IMG/VR virus record: IMGVR_UViG_3300027833_000020
Source: an uncultured virus (IMG/VR IMGVR_UViG_3300027833_000020)
Taxonomy: Duplodnaviria; Heunggongvirae; Uroviricota; Caudoviricetes
Strand: one strand, 5' to 3'
Length of the DNA: 64,000 nt
The position numbers and the translations under genes are program-made. Shown here piece by piece: positions 19,244 through 28,630 of this stretch. Every line of letters begins with the position of its first letter. Positions within the stretch are counted from its first letter, which is position 1. The notes beneath the pieces are model-generated. The model saw nothing but the letters and a program-made list of their open reading frames with translations, was not told the DNA's origin and did no database searches.

Positions 19244-19709
19244 TTACACCATCATCTTTAGTACTGTTATCTTTCAGCATCTTGAGTAAATCTGCAGTTG
19301 AGACGATTAAATTATTATTTACAGTATTAGTTTGAGCTGCTTCTTTAGGACCGTTGACTTCTTCTTTAGCAAACTTCTTCTTAGTAGAAATATCAGCAAA
19401 GTCTTTGTTAGCGTCTAGTAACGTTTTCATTAAAGTAGAAACTACTTCAAATGCTCTAGGCTGCTCTGATTGCTTCGCTATCTCTAACATTTCTAACATA
19501 GCTTCTTTACCAGTTTCCATAACTTCTGCAACGTTCTTACGTACCGATTCTATGTCTTGTAGATTTTCATCGTCTTCTTCTGAGACAACAGCAGGTAGCG
19601 CCTTCGCTTCTTCTACAGGAGCAGGAGTGGCCGGTAATTGCTTTTCATCTTCATCTATATCTGCCATAGGTCTTATTCCCAGTGCAGAAGAAATCTTTTC
19701 GTCGCTCAT
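19233..19709 (-). CDS. gp16: terminase small subunit (T4 gp16)
   Basis: A..SE.PRAFEV and NNNL.V.ST.DL.KML; synteny. Confidence 0.9.
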   Translation of the reverse strand: MSDEKISSALGIRPMADIDEDEKQLPATPAPVEEAKALPAVVSEEDDENLQDIESVRKNVAEVMETGKEAMLEMLEIAKQSEQPRAFEVVSTLMKTLLDANKDFADISTKKKFAKEEVNGPKEAAQTNTVNNNLIVSTADLLKMLKDNSTKDDGVIDG

Positions 19710-21796
19710 TATGCATCCTCAAATATTGTAATAATACCCCAGTCTTCATCAAACTCGATTTGTTGGTAAGGAACTGAAGTGGCCGCAGGGCCCGCAATTG
19801 TAATAACCGGTGGTGTTCTATATCCAGAGCCAGTGTTAGTCACATTAATACTTGTTGCTTGTCCACTCGTACCAATTACAATTTCTGCAGTTGCCGTATT
19901 AGCAGTTACAGAACTGATAGCAACATTTGCTGAAGTATAGAACCTTCCTGCATTATTTATGGTGATTGAACTTACCGCTCCGTCAGTTAGAACTGGAGTT
20001 GCAACTGCTTGGAATGAAGCAGGAGTACTGTTTGGAGCAGATATTGTAATTACTGTATTAGCATCATAGTTTGCACCGCTGTTATTCATTATAACACTCA
20101 TTACTTTACCGTTTGTAACTACTAGATTTGCAGAAGCAATATCCTTATCATAGTTACCAGTGTAATCAGTACCTGTTGTTGGTGCTGTAGGTATAACATA
20201 AGATCCTGCTGGTGTCAATCCAGAAATTGTAGAAATAGTAACGTTATCTAAAGCACCTATGAAACTTCTTTCATTTGCAGAACGCTGACCAGCAACAACT
20301 GTTTGCCCACCACCAAGTAAGAATCCTTGTGGTCCTGAAGCTCCAGCGTCTGCGGTACCATTTATTAACCATCTTGCAGTTGCACCAAAATGTTCAACAC
20401 GACAATGATTCCATTGGTTTAAAACAATTTCTTCTGGTGTAGATCTACAAGGAGCGCCGCCTGGAGCATAGTGTAATGCAAGGGTTCCGTCTTCTATTTC
20501 AACTCTCATTTGAGAGCCTTGTATGTGTAAAACAACATTATCATTTGCATGAAACTCTGTTGGATATATCCAGAACTCAATAGCATAACCACTGCCAGCA
20601 GTTACAAAGTTCATTCCAGTTGTGTGGAGTGTTGTTGTATCTGTATAATCATCGTGATATAATGCGTCATCTCCAAACTTAACGTATGGTGATTTAGCCG
20701 GTGGCTCAGCTATAGTGATGCCAGCGGAGCTATAATACGTACCCTGATTGGTTATATCAATGGATGTAATAGACCCACCAGTGAGGTTCTGTGAGGCTAC
20801 AGCATTGGTGACAGGCATATTAGGAGGGGTAATAGTAATACTTGGTAGGGCAGAATAAAAGCCACCACCCTCATTTATTGTATAAGAATCAATAGATGTG
20901 TCAGTAATAACCGGTGTAATTGAGGCATCTAATGTATCTGGTGATCCAACCGTAACTGATATTGCATTGTTAGGATTGTAGTTTTCACCGTCGTCTGTTA
21001 TTGTAATACTATTCACAGATCCATTTAATAATGAAGCTGCAGCAGTTACACCAACACCAGGTTCGTTTAATGGATTACCATTTGAATCTAATCCTGGTTT
21101 AATAATAATTCGATCTTCAGGAGTTGCATTTCCTGCAGTATCAGTTGCTAAATCAACATCAATAAATTTGATTACTTTTGCTTTTTTCTCTGGCCCGAAG
21201 TACCATCCTTTCATAGTGAAAGTCAGTGTGTAAAGAATTGTTTGTCTGGATTCATAATCACCTTCATACAAATCTTCTGTTGTAACACTGTTCAAAATGA
21301 TAGGAATATCGATAGGATCTAAGTCATCAACCATCTTAGCGGTTACAGTCCAATCAGGTGTAAAGAACGGAATAATTTGTTCCATAACTTTAGTAGCGTC
21401 TTCACTATATTTTGTCATAATGTATAATGAAAATTCAATGTTGTAAGGAACTGAAGAATGCACAAAGTTACGAGACGACTCAGTTTCGGCCTTCGCGGTC
21501 TTAACCATTTTATGTGTTGATCCAAGTTTTCTTGCAGGATCATATGCTAAGCTCGTAATTTCAAAAGACATACGTGGTAGACGTATAGCAGTAGCTCTGC
21601 TGTTTAATAGATCAGGATCTTGTTGTACTCTTGAAAGAACTTTTTGGAATGGTGCATAAGACAACGGCACAATCATATCTTGTACTACAGTGCCATCATT
21701 GCTTTTTCTTTGAATCTTAAGCTGATTAAACATTGTACCAAACAGAGCTACGTATCTTCTCGTAGTTTCATTATAAAAATAATTTGCAATAGCCAT
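19709..21796 (-). CDS. gp15: tail terminator / sheath stabiliser (T4 gp15) with a large internal insertion
   Basis: YFY..T.RRYV..FG..FN, VPL.Y.P..K, LPRMSFE and EQI.PFF.P; about 430 extra aa of repeats plus a LamG-like domain. Confidence 0.9.
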   Translation of the reverse strand: MAIANYFYNETTRRYVALFGTMFNQLKIQRKSNDGTVVQDMIVPLSYAPFQKVLSRVQQDPDLLNSRATAIRLPRMSFEITSLAYDPARKLGSTHKMVKTAKAETESSRNFVHSSVPYNIEFSLYIMTKYSEDATKVMEQIIPFFTPDWTVTAKMVDDLDPIDIPIILNSVTTEDLYEGDYESRQTILYTLTFTMKGWYFGPEKKAKVIKFIDVDLATDTAGNATPEDRIIIKPGLDSNGNPLNEPGVGVTAAASLLNGSVNSITITDDGENYNPNNAISVTVGSPDTLDASITPVITDTSIDSYTINEGGGFYSALPSITITPPNMPVTNAVASQNLTGGSITSIDITNQGTYYSSAGITIAEPPAKSPYVKFGDDALYHDDYTDTTTLHTTGMNFVTAGSGYAIEFWIYPTEFHANDNVVLHIQGSQMRVEIEDGTLALHYAPGGAPCRSTPEEIVLNQWNHCRVEHFGATARWLINGTADAGASGPQGFLLGGGQTVVAGQRSANERSFIGALDNVTISTISGLTPAGSYVIPTAPTTGTDYTGNYDKDIASANLVVTNGKVMSVIMNNSGANYDANTVITISAPNSTPASFQAVATPVLTDGAVSSITINNAGRFYTSANVAISSVTANTATAEIVIGTSGQATSINVTNTGSGYRTPPVITIAGPAATSVPYQQIEFDEDWGIITIFEDA

Positions 21797-22479
21797 TAGT
21801 TTGAGTCCTCTATGCTAATGTTTTCACTGAATGGATCAACATCAGAAAAGTCTAATATGTCATCTGCTAACTGTTCGAACTCAAAGTTCTGAGCCATTAC
21901 ATCATTGTTAGCAACATCTTCAAGTGTATTCACATAAGTAGTAGTTGAATTAACATTATCAAAGTAATGATCTATTTCGTATCTGCCAGTGTCGAATCTC
22001 TCGTTAGAGTATTCCATAAGCTCACATTTAATATCATAAACTTGTAACTTACCTGCTTGATAGAATACACTCTCGTGTTCTACATATGTGACTCTATACA
22101 TTTTTTGATTAAGCGGTAACCAAATAATATCGTTTTCTTTTGGCCGTACTTTCTCTTGATCTTTTCTAGTAACATGTCTTTCGAATGTTCTAATAGCAAC
22201 AGTGAATGTAACCTGATCTCGTATTTGTAAACCAAACTTAGATAGGAAATCGCCTTCGCCTTCAAAACCATCTACGTTTTTAACGTATACTTCAAAGCCG
22301 TACATCTCGTTGTATAGAGGTGTATCGTCTTCGTTAAAGATTTTATCAACATTATTAAACACCCCACTAAGGTACTTAATATCAAGACCATAAATTCTAA
22401 TTGATTCAATTACTAAATCATCAATTAAATTTTGCTCATTGAAATTGTCGTAATTTCTAAAGTATGAGTTAGTTGCCAT
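21796..22479 (-). CDS. gp14: neck protein (T4 gp14)
   Basis: EQNL..DL..ESI..YG, GFEG.GD.LSKFGL.IRD, RP.E.D.I..P and DFS..DPF. Confidence 0.95.
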   Translation of the reverse strand: MATNSYFRNYDNFNEQNLIDDLVIESIRIYGLDIKYLSGVFNNVDKIFNEDDTPLYNEMYGFEVYVKNVDGFEGEGDFLSKFGLQIRDQVTFTVAIRTFERHVTRKDQEKVRPKENDIIWLPLNQKMYRVTYVEHESVFYQAGKLQVYDIKCELMEYSNERFDTGRYEIDHYFDNVNSTTTYVNTLEDVANNDVMAQNFEFEQLADDILDFSDVDPFSENISIEDSN

Positions 22480-22482
22480 GAT

Positions 22483-23226
22483 TTATCCAATGAAATTATA
22501 TGTGAGAGGTTGAAGAGACCGAATTGCTTCTTCTTCCATTTTTTCTCTTTCAGCTCTGGCTTCTGATAAAATTTGTTCACCGTTGAAACTTACGCCACCA
22601 ACTAACTGCATGTTTGTAAACTTAGTTAGGTTAAGACCCCATTGCTCGCGTACAAGAACTGCAGCATAGTTTTGTAACCATCTGTCAGTCCAAACATCGG
22701 CATAAGCATCTGCGTCAACAATATCATAAGCTTCGATAATGATGTAACTACCAACTACCCAGCGCTCGTGTCTATTATCAATGAATAATTTATTAACGTG
22801 TTTGTTGTAACGTATTAATGGTTTACCAACAAGCAATTCTTGCATGAATTCGATATGTTGCATAGTCATATAGTAATTAGTCATACTATAACTTGTCATA
22901 TCTTGAATGTTGTTTAGAACAAATTGATATTGAACGTTAAACATTCCGCCACCCATACTGATGGATGTATCGAAGTCAAAGACTTTAGATATGCCTAGCA
23001 ATTGCTGAGGTAAAGTAATATATCCGTTGTCTTTATCTGTTTGTGTAATTTCGTGCTTTAAGTAAACTAACTGGCTGCCGTTGTAGTGATAATCTCTCCA
23101 AAAAGAAATAGCTTCATCTACTCGGTCCTCAACTTGCTCTTCAGAAACATTGATCTCGATAACCGGCGCACCGATTTTTCTTAAGATGTAGTCTTTAAAG
23201 TCTTCTCTTGATTGTGGTTGTGCCAT
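22483..23226 (-). CDS. gp13: neck protein (T4 gp13)
   Basis: P.SR..FK.Y.LRK.GAPVIEINV...Q..DR.D.A and QWG.NL.KF...QL.GGV..NG. Confidence 0.95.
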   Translation of the reverse strand: MAQPQSREDFKDYILRKIGAPVIEINVSEEQVEDRVDEAISFWRDYHYNGSQLVYLKHEITQTDKDNGYITLPQQLLGISKVFDFDTSISMGGGMFNVQYQFVLNNIQDMTSYSMTNYYMTMQHIEFMQELLVGKPLIRYNKHVNKLFIDNRHERWVVGSYIIIEAYDIVDADAYADVWTDRWLQNYAAVLVREQWGLNLTKFTNMQLVGGVSFNGEQILSEARAEREKMEEEAIRSLQPLTYNFIG

Positions 23227-23558
23227 TATGCTAACTCATCTTTAATGATTACTTTAATATAACCTGTGTTTGGAAAGGTTTCGATCTGACCATTATTATA
23301 TTCTATTTGAAATTCTGCGCTGTGGATACCAGTGTTTGCTGTATCTCCCGTCTGCCATTCATATGCTACAATACCTTTAGTCGGACTTTTAATAGTACCA
23401 AGACCATTTGTAACTAATGCAAGACCATTTTCGTCTTTCATATGAAATTTAACTGTAGAAGCATTGGCCATTGACTTAACTCTACCGTTAGAATCTTTTA
23501 GACCTGCCTCAATAGACGGGGCAGTATCATTTTGTTTGATGTAGAATGTAGCCGCCAT
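23226..23558 (-). CDS. BppU-N-like virion structural protein
   Basis: FYIKQNDT.P...G.V.Y.W..GDT...G...AEF.I.Y..G..ETFPN. Confidence 0.7.
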   Translation of the reverse strand: MAATFYIKQNDTAPSIEAGLKDSNGRVKSMANASTVKFHMKDENGLALVTNGLGTIKSPTKGIVAYEWQTGDTANTGIHSAEFQIEYNNGQIETFPNTGYIKVIIKDELA

Positions 23559-23616
23559 TTATTTTCTCCAAGTTTTACTTTTATTTATTAGGTATTTATT
23601 AAAAGTAGAACTGCTT

Positions 23617-24201
23617 CTATATAATCTCTGCTTGTGAGATTCCGTTGTTAATTAATACAAGACCGTTGTGTGGTTGAATAACGTCTGAGTTATTAAAATC
23701 TATTTCATTAAAATTGACGAAATTGCCACCAGTCTCTGAGTATTCTCTTGTTGTTACGTTTAAACCTAAGCCTTCAACACTAAAATTAAATGTGCCTGCG
23801 CTATCACCTAATGAGAAAACATAGATGTGTGTATCAAGATTAAATTCTAATGTGGGATTAAAGTTAACATGCGTTGTTAGATAACCACTTGAGTTAGCGG
23901 TGTAATCGAATAAAACATTATTTGCTACTGAAAGATAACGCTGTACACCAAATTCTACAAAACTGTATGAAGAAAAAGGTATTACTTGTGGAGCTATCTG
24001 GCCGTAAATGGTAGGTGTTTCAATGCCAGCACTAAAGCCAAAGTCAATAGTGATAGGTGAAATTTCACCAACAATTGGCAGACTCCCACTAAAAATAAGG
24101 GAAGTATCAATTAATCCTGAAACTTCCCCCGATAGCGATACGTATCCACCGCCAAAATATTCGAAATCTAATGTTGTACTAACCGCACCATTTGCAGACA
24201 T
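23617..24201 (-). CDS. hypothetical, probable virion protein
   Basis: 194-aa beta-rich ORF in the late block. Confidence 0.6.
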   Translation of the reverse strand: MSANGAVSTTLDFEYFGGGYVSLSGEVSGLIDTSLIFSGSLPIVGEISPITIDFGFSAGIETPTIYGQIAPQVIPFSSYSFVEFGVQRYLSVANNVLFDYTANSSGYLTTHVNFNPTLEFNLDTHIYVFSLGDSAGTFNFSVEGLGLNVTTREYSETGGNFVNFNEIDFNNSDVIQPHNGLVLINNGISQAEII

Positions 24202-24223
24202 GTGGCTTTACCTTACTTTAAAG

Positions 24224-24631
24224 TTAAGCCCCACCAGCTGTAATCGTAAATGTGGTTATGTTGATTTGCTGTCCTGTTGCAATGTTAGTATTGTCTAACT
24301 GCATATCACCACCTGCGCCTGTTGCACTGATAGTACCTTGCATATGACATACTGTACCGTCATTAGTGTGCAATCTGAAATATCCTGCTGTACCTGAATC
24401 ATCAGCAGATAAATCCTGCCAAGTTCCTGATAAAGCAATAGATCCGCCAGCAGCTGTTCCCAACCAATCACTTGGTAAAACCATTGTCGCTAGAACTGAA
24501 CCTGTATTAGCAGTAGCTGCATCGGCAGGTTTAGTACCAGTGTTAATAGTTAAGATAGGGTTAAGTCCTACTTCCGTTTCGATCGCGGCTAATGTAGCGT
24601 TCCGTGATGCTACTGATAACTGAAAAGCCAT
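24224..24631 (-). CDS. probable virion structural protein
   Basis: Ala/Gly/Thr-rich; GTAGYFR...G.D..L.NT.I..GQ motif; late promoter upstream. Confidence 0.65.
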   Translation of the reverse strand: MAFQLSVASRNATLAAIETEVGLNPILTINTGTKPADAATANTGSVLATMVLPSDWLGTAAGGSIALSGTWQDLSADDSGTAGYFRLHTNDGTVCHMQGTISATGAGGDMQLDNTNIATGQQINITTFTITAGGA

Positions 24632-24665
24632 CGTCGTCTCCTTTATTTAATGGTTAATTTATGGA

Positions 24666-24673
24666 TATTTATA
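24666..24673 (-). promoter_or_regulatory. T4-type late promoter
   Basis: TATAAATA. Confidence 0.75.
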
Positions 24674-24682
24674 AAAAAACAG

Positions 24683-24710
24683 TTGACAACCTCTAGAAAC
24701 ATGGTATAAT
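24683..24710 (+). promoter_or_regulatory. orphan sigma70-like promoter facing antisense
   Basis: TTGACA(24683-24688)-16 bp-TATAAT(24705-24710) with extended TG; no plus-strand gene follows. Confidence 0.5.
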
Positions 24711-24744
24711 AGGATTATGTCCTTTATAATAATAAGAAGTTTAA

Positions 24745-25503
24745 TTAATTGTTTCTTCTTTCTATATCTTCTTCAGACAATCTATCTCCCATCCATACTT
24801 CAATTACCTTTACTGGTCTGTCACCAACGTTCGTAGCATGATGCCAAGTCTTTGGTGGAATATCAATACTGTCTCCAGTCGTATATACTTTAGATGTAGA
24901 GTAACCGTTCTGAAATTGTAGATCCATCCGTAATTCGCCATCAACAATATGCCAATGCTCAGACCTAATGTAATGCCTTTGATCAGATAATGATTTATTT
25001 ATATCAATAGATAGTTCTTTTACTTTCCAATGACCATTCTGATCTAAATCTTTATATGTTCCCCACAGTCGTTGTGTTGTGGGCTTGTCCCACTCATTTA
25101 AGATCCATGAAGAACTATTCTTTTTATCTTCACCCCCAACACCGAAAACAAATTCAACATCATCAAATACCATCTCTGGAATATTTTCTTTTGTTCTGTC
25201 TCCGCCATTTGCAAAGATAATGTTACTACTATTAGGAGCTTGTTTCTTTACATATTCAATAGCAGCAATTGCTGTATCGTCATCATCGTTAAATGAGAAC
25301 ACATGTCCTACACAACCAATCTCTTTAATGATTGCCATACGTTCTTCAACAGACATAAATGGTCTACCCTTTTTACGAGTTAACCATTCATCGCTATTAA
25401 CACCTACGAATAAAATAGAACCCAACTCTTTAGCAGCTTTCATATATGCTATGTGACCTGAGTGAAGAGGATCGAATCCTCCTGTAATTACTACCGGTTT
25501 CAT
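24745..25503 (-). CDS. cytidylyl/nucleotidyltransferase (RfaE/TagD-like) fused to a mannose-6-phosphate-isomerase-type cupin
   Basis: TGGFDPLHSGH, GVNSD.WL.RKKG, FANGGDR; then R.WG.Y, LS.QRH..RSEHW and E.DIER; start 25503. Confidence 0.85.
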   Translation of the reverse strand: MKPVVITGGFDPLHSGHIAYMKAAKELGSILFVGVNSDEWLTRKKGRPFMSVEERMAIIKEIGCVGHVFSFNDDDDTAIAAIEYVKKQAPNSSNIIFANGGDRTKENIPEMVFDDVEFVFGVGGEDKKNSSSWILNEWDKPTTQRLWGTYKDLDQNGHWKVKELSIDINKSLSDQRHYIRSEHWHIVDGELRMDLQFQNGYSTSKVYTTGDSIDIPPKTWHHATNVGDRPVKVIEVWMGDRLSEEDIERRNN

Positions 25504-26735
25504 TTTGTTTTCTCCATCATATAATTCCAAGCAAAATTAATTTTATTATCAGACTTCATATTCTGTTTACGACTTGCATGCATTGGATGTACCCACCAAT
25601 CTTCATAATTCTGTGTCGTATCAGTTGAAACATCACTTACAAATAATATATATCCGATTTTACTTAGTACTTTTCTAGATTCTTCTCTAAATTCCTGACC
25701 CCACCATGCAGCATTATGTTGGAACTGAATAATACCAAACTCGTGTTTATTAAACGGAATATTTGCCAAAGCTTCAATAGATGCTTTCTCAGCATTAATT
25801 CTCAAGAAATCTATGTGCTGCTCTAAACACTGTTGTTTAAACATAGCACTGTAATCTGTAGTAGCAGCATCACATAGTGTAACATTACTTTGTCTATGCC
25901 TAGAAAATATCTGGCACATTCTCTCAGAGTTATCTATTGAAATACCTCTCCAGCCAAAATCTTTTTCTAATAACAATGTATTATTAAATAACTCAGGATG
26001 ACCAGATCCTATTTCTACAAATGTGCCTTCGCGCTTACCATCTAATACTGATAATACAAACATATCTTGGAAGTGACGAGAGTAATTAGTTTCAATATCA
26101 TCTATACCATCAAACTTATATTTGTAGTTATCTAATAATGAAGGATCGTATGCTAGTGTACTTGGATATCCGTGTTCTTGCAGTAATAAATCAGCTTCTC
26201 GAAGATCATCTTTTTTAAGTTTACTTTTATATTTTAAATCAAATGCTAAGTTCTTACTAGCATCTCTGCCATCTGTTTTCCATTTAGCACGAGCATATAA
26301 TAAACGTAATGTATTATCGCCTGGATAAGATAAATCATTATCAGGTGAATGATCTTTAATGTTGCTTATGCCAATCTTTGAATACATTAAACATTCGCGC
26401 CAATCATCTCTATCTTGTTTTAATTTTGCAAGAAAGTAATAAGCTTCTGGTCTTTCAGGTAATGTCTCAATAGCAATTTTAAGTAAACCTTCAACACTTT
26501 GATTTCTATTTTCATTTCTTGAGTAAATAAAAGCAGAAAAGATTATACATTTATATTGAAGCCATTTTTCTTCTAATGTTTTTCCTGGCGACATATCAGC
26601 TGCACGTAAGTAAAAACTAAACGCACCAGAACCTTGTTGTAATCTATCATATTCACGAGCAAGCTTATAGATTTTTTCTGAGTTGTCGTAATCTAGGACT
26701 ACATCATTTAATAGTTGCATGTTAAATTTAGTCAT
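25500..26735 (-). CDS. TPR-like domain plus FkbM-like SAM methyltransferase
   Basis: P.RPEAYY TPR-like helices; QDMFVL...G.FVEIGS..NNT.LLE..GW.G.SID; EDWWVHP. Confidence 0.7.
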   Translation of the reverse strand: MTKFNMQLLNDVVLDYDNSEKIYKLAREYDRLQQGSGAFSFYLRAADMSPGKTLEEKWLQYKCIIFSAFIYSRNENRNQSVEGLLKIAIETLPERPEAYYFLAKLKQDRDDWRECLMYSKIGISNIKDHSPDNDLSYPGDNTLRLLYARAKWKTDGRDASKNLAFDLKYKSKLKKDDLREADLLLQEHGYPSTLAYDPSLLDNYKYKFDGIDDIETNYSRHFQDMFVLSVLDGKREGTFVEIGSGHPELFNNTLLLEKDFGWRGISIDNSERMCQIFSRHRQSNVTLCDAATTDYSAMFKQQCLEQHIDFLRINAEKASIEALANIPFNKHEFGIIQFQHNAAWWGQEFREESRKVLSKIGYILFVSDVSTDTTQNYEDWWVHPMHASRKQNMKSDNKINFAWNYMMEKTK

Positions 26736-26737
26736 AA

Positions 26738-27784
26738 TTACCCCTTGTCACTTAAAAAATCTAAAAATACTTTTTGAGGTAATCTCAAAATGAACGTTGC
26801 ATTATCTTGGAAACCATACGATATAAGAATATCACCAGAATCAGGATGTAAAGTCATTCCAGTAACAAATTCGATATTGTAATCAGTATCAGTAACATGA
26901 TCAAAGTAAGTACCCATAAAATGGAAGTTACGTGAAGCATGAACTAGATTCCAATCGTTATCCCATATTAATACTCTATGAGAATAATCTCCATCTTTAC
27001 GACCAAACGGATCTCTTAATAGATTTGTTTCATGCACAAATGCCATTCTTTGATGTTCGTTAATACGAATAACCTGTGATCCACCACGGAAGTCTTTTTG
27101 ATACGGTTTTCTATCTTCTGTAGATTTAAATACTTCTTCTGTTGTACCGTTCTCGATATCGAACTTAACAACTTGAGTAGGATTACACCATTTAACAAAA
27201 TGATAAGGCATATCAACAACAGGCATCCAGTTCTTTTCACAGAAACTAGAATTATCGCCAGGAGCCGGAATAGGATGTCGTGATATTTCTGTCCACTTAC
27301 CGTCTACTAAATCAATGTTACATAATTCCATACGGCCAGTGCCTTTAGAATCATAACAGTCTCTACGTACACCGCAAAGATATAGTTTATCTTCCCAACT
27401 AAACAGACGAGCATCTTCTAAACCGATAAAGTTCCACGTTGGTTTACCAGTATCTAGTGCCATATCTACTCGTTGAGCATTAGCCAAGTTTAGATTATAA
27501 TCAAGCTCACACATAATGTTATGAGTTGATAAAGTTACATCATTTTCTGGGTGAATATAAACAAGCGGTCCCCACTGATGTGGAAACTTTTTACCCTCAC
27601 TGTGATAGAGGATATAATTAATATGCCTGATATTGAGAAGCAGCTTCCCTTGATGAGAGAAGATAGACGGGTTCATGATACCGGTCTCGTTACCGGTAAC
27701 TGATTTTGGTAATAGTACTGGGTGTAGCGACCCGCCTCTTTTCAAAGCCCAAGCCGCTAAGCCACCCATATGCAAATCGTGCAT
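26738..27784 (-). CDS. beta-propeller glycoside hydrolase/phosphorylase-like protein (GH130/GH43-like)
   Basis: NPSI, GLEDARL, EKNW.P, RGG and IEF..G...ISYG.QD motifs. Confidence 0.65.
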   Translation of the reverse strand: MHDLHMGGLAAWALKRGGSLHPVLLPKSVTGNETGIMNPSIFSHQGKLLLNIRHINYILYHSEGKKFPHQWGPLVYIHPENDVTLSTHNIMCELDYNLNLANAQRVDMALDTGKPTWNFIGLEDARLFSWEDKLYLCGVRRDCYDSKGTGRMELCNIDLVDGKWTEISRHPIPAPGDNSSFCEKNWMPVVDMPYHFVKWCNPTQVVKFDIENGTTEEVFKSTEDRKPYQKDFRGGSQVIRINEHQRMAFVHETNLLRDPFGRKDGDYSHRVLIWDNDWNLVHASRNFHFMGTYFDHVTDTDYNIEFVTGMTLHPDSGDILISYGFQDNATFILRLPQKVFLDFLSDKG

Positions 27785-27827
27785 GTCACCTCCATAATAT
27801 AAAAGATTAGTTATTAAGTTTATTTAT

Positions 27828-28157
27828 CTACCAACTAGGGGAGACATTTCGCAATCTTTTCCGTTCAACTTTAGCCAACAATACTGCATCTATTCTAGCA
27901 ATACCCGCTTCTTGTAAAGCATCTGTTAACCATCCGATAACTTGCTCATTAGTTACGTCGTTTAGTGCAACAAAATCTGAAGCTGCAATATTACTTGCAT
28001 CAATAGTTGTATTGCCAACGTAACTAGTTCGTATTCCGTCTGCACCCTGTACTATTCTTTTCCATTTGATATTAACAATCGCATTCTCAAGCAGAACATC
28101 GTCTGCATTAAGTTGGTCAGTTAATCCAAGCTTGGCAATTTTCCAAGAATAATTCAT
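27828..28157 (-). CDS. small fibre-associated hypothetical protein
   Basis: Y.W.I..L...N....FV...D.T...VIGW...PSW; paralogous to the neighbouring gene. Confidence 0.7.
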   Translation of the reverse strand: MNYSWKIAKLGLTDQLNADDVLLENAIVNIKWKRIVQGADGIRTSYVGNTTIDASNIAASDFVALNDVTNEQVIGWLTDALQEAGIARIDAVLLAKVERKRLRNVSPSW

Positions 28158-28171
28158 GATAGATTCCTTTA

Positions 28172-28555
28172 TTAAGGCGCTGGGTCAGCGGAAGGATCTG
28201 GTGTAACATCTTCTGCCCAAGGCATAGTAGCGTCTGTGATATTTGCTTCGTCAAGTTGACGTTGTAACTGACCTACGATGTGAGCTTTGTATCCTGGATC
28301 AGCTTCGACTACTGCTGTAATCCAACCAATCACTGTTGATTCTTCTAAGCTTTCAAATGCTGTAAACGATCCTGCAGGAACATTAGCTGCTGTAAACGGT
28401 GTTGCACCCGCCCAGTCAGTTGTGTTGCCGTCATCGTCTGTTCCTACGACTTTCCAAAAAGTTTGGCAAACCGCGTTAGACAATGTTACGCCTTCTGCAT
28501 TTACTTCATCTTTTACTTTAAGATTAGTAACTGAGTATTCTAGTGTAAGAGCCAT
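28172..28555 (-). CDS. small fibre-associated hypothetical protein
   Basis: NAV.QT.W...G.D..G....GATPF...F..F..L.E..VIGW...MPW. Confidence 0.7.
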   Translation of the reverse strand: MALTLEYSVTNLKVKDEVNAEGVTLSNAVCQTFWKVVGTDDDGNTTDWAGATPFTAANVPAGSFTAFESLEESTVIGWITAVVEADPGYKAHIVGQLQRQLDEANITDATMPWAEDVTPDPSADPAP

Positions 28556-28592
28556 TTTTTATCTCCAATTGTTATAACTATATTAGTTAGGT

Positions 28593-28627
28593 TATTTATA
28601 AGTTTATGTTTCTTATTTCTATTTATA
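28593..28627 (-). promoter_or_regulatory. two T4-type late promoter motifs
   Basis: TATAAATA at 28593-28600 and 28620-28627. Confidence 0.65.
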
Positions 28628-28630
28628 TGT

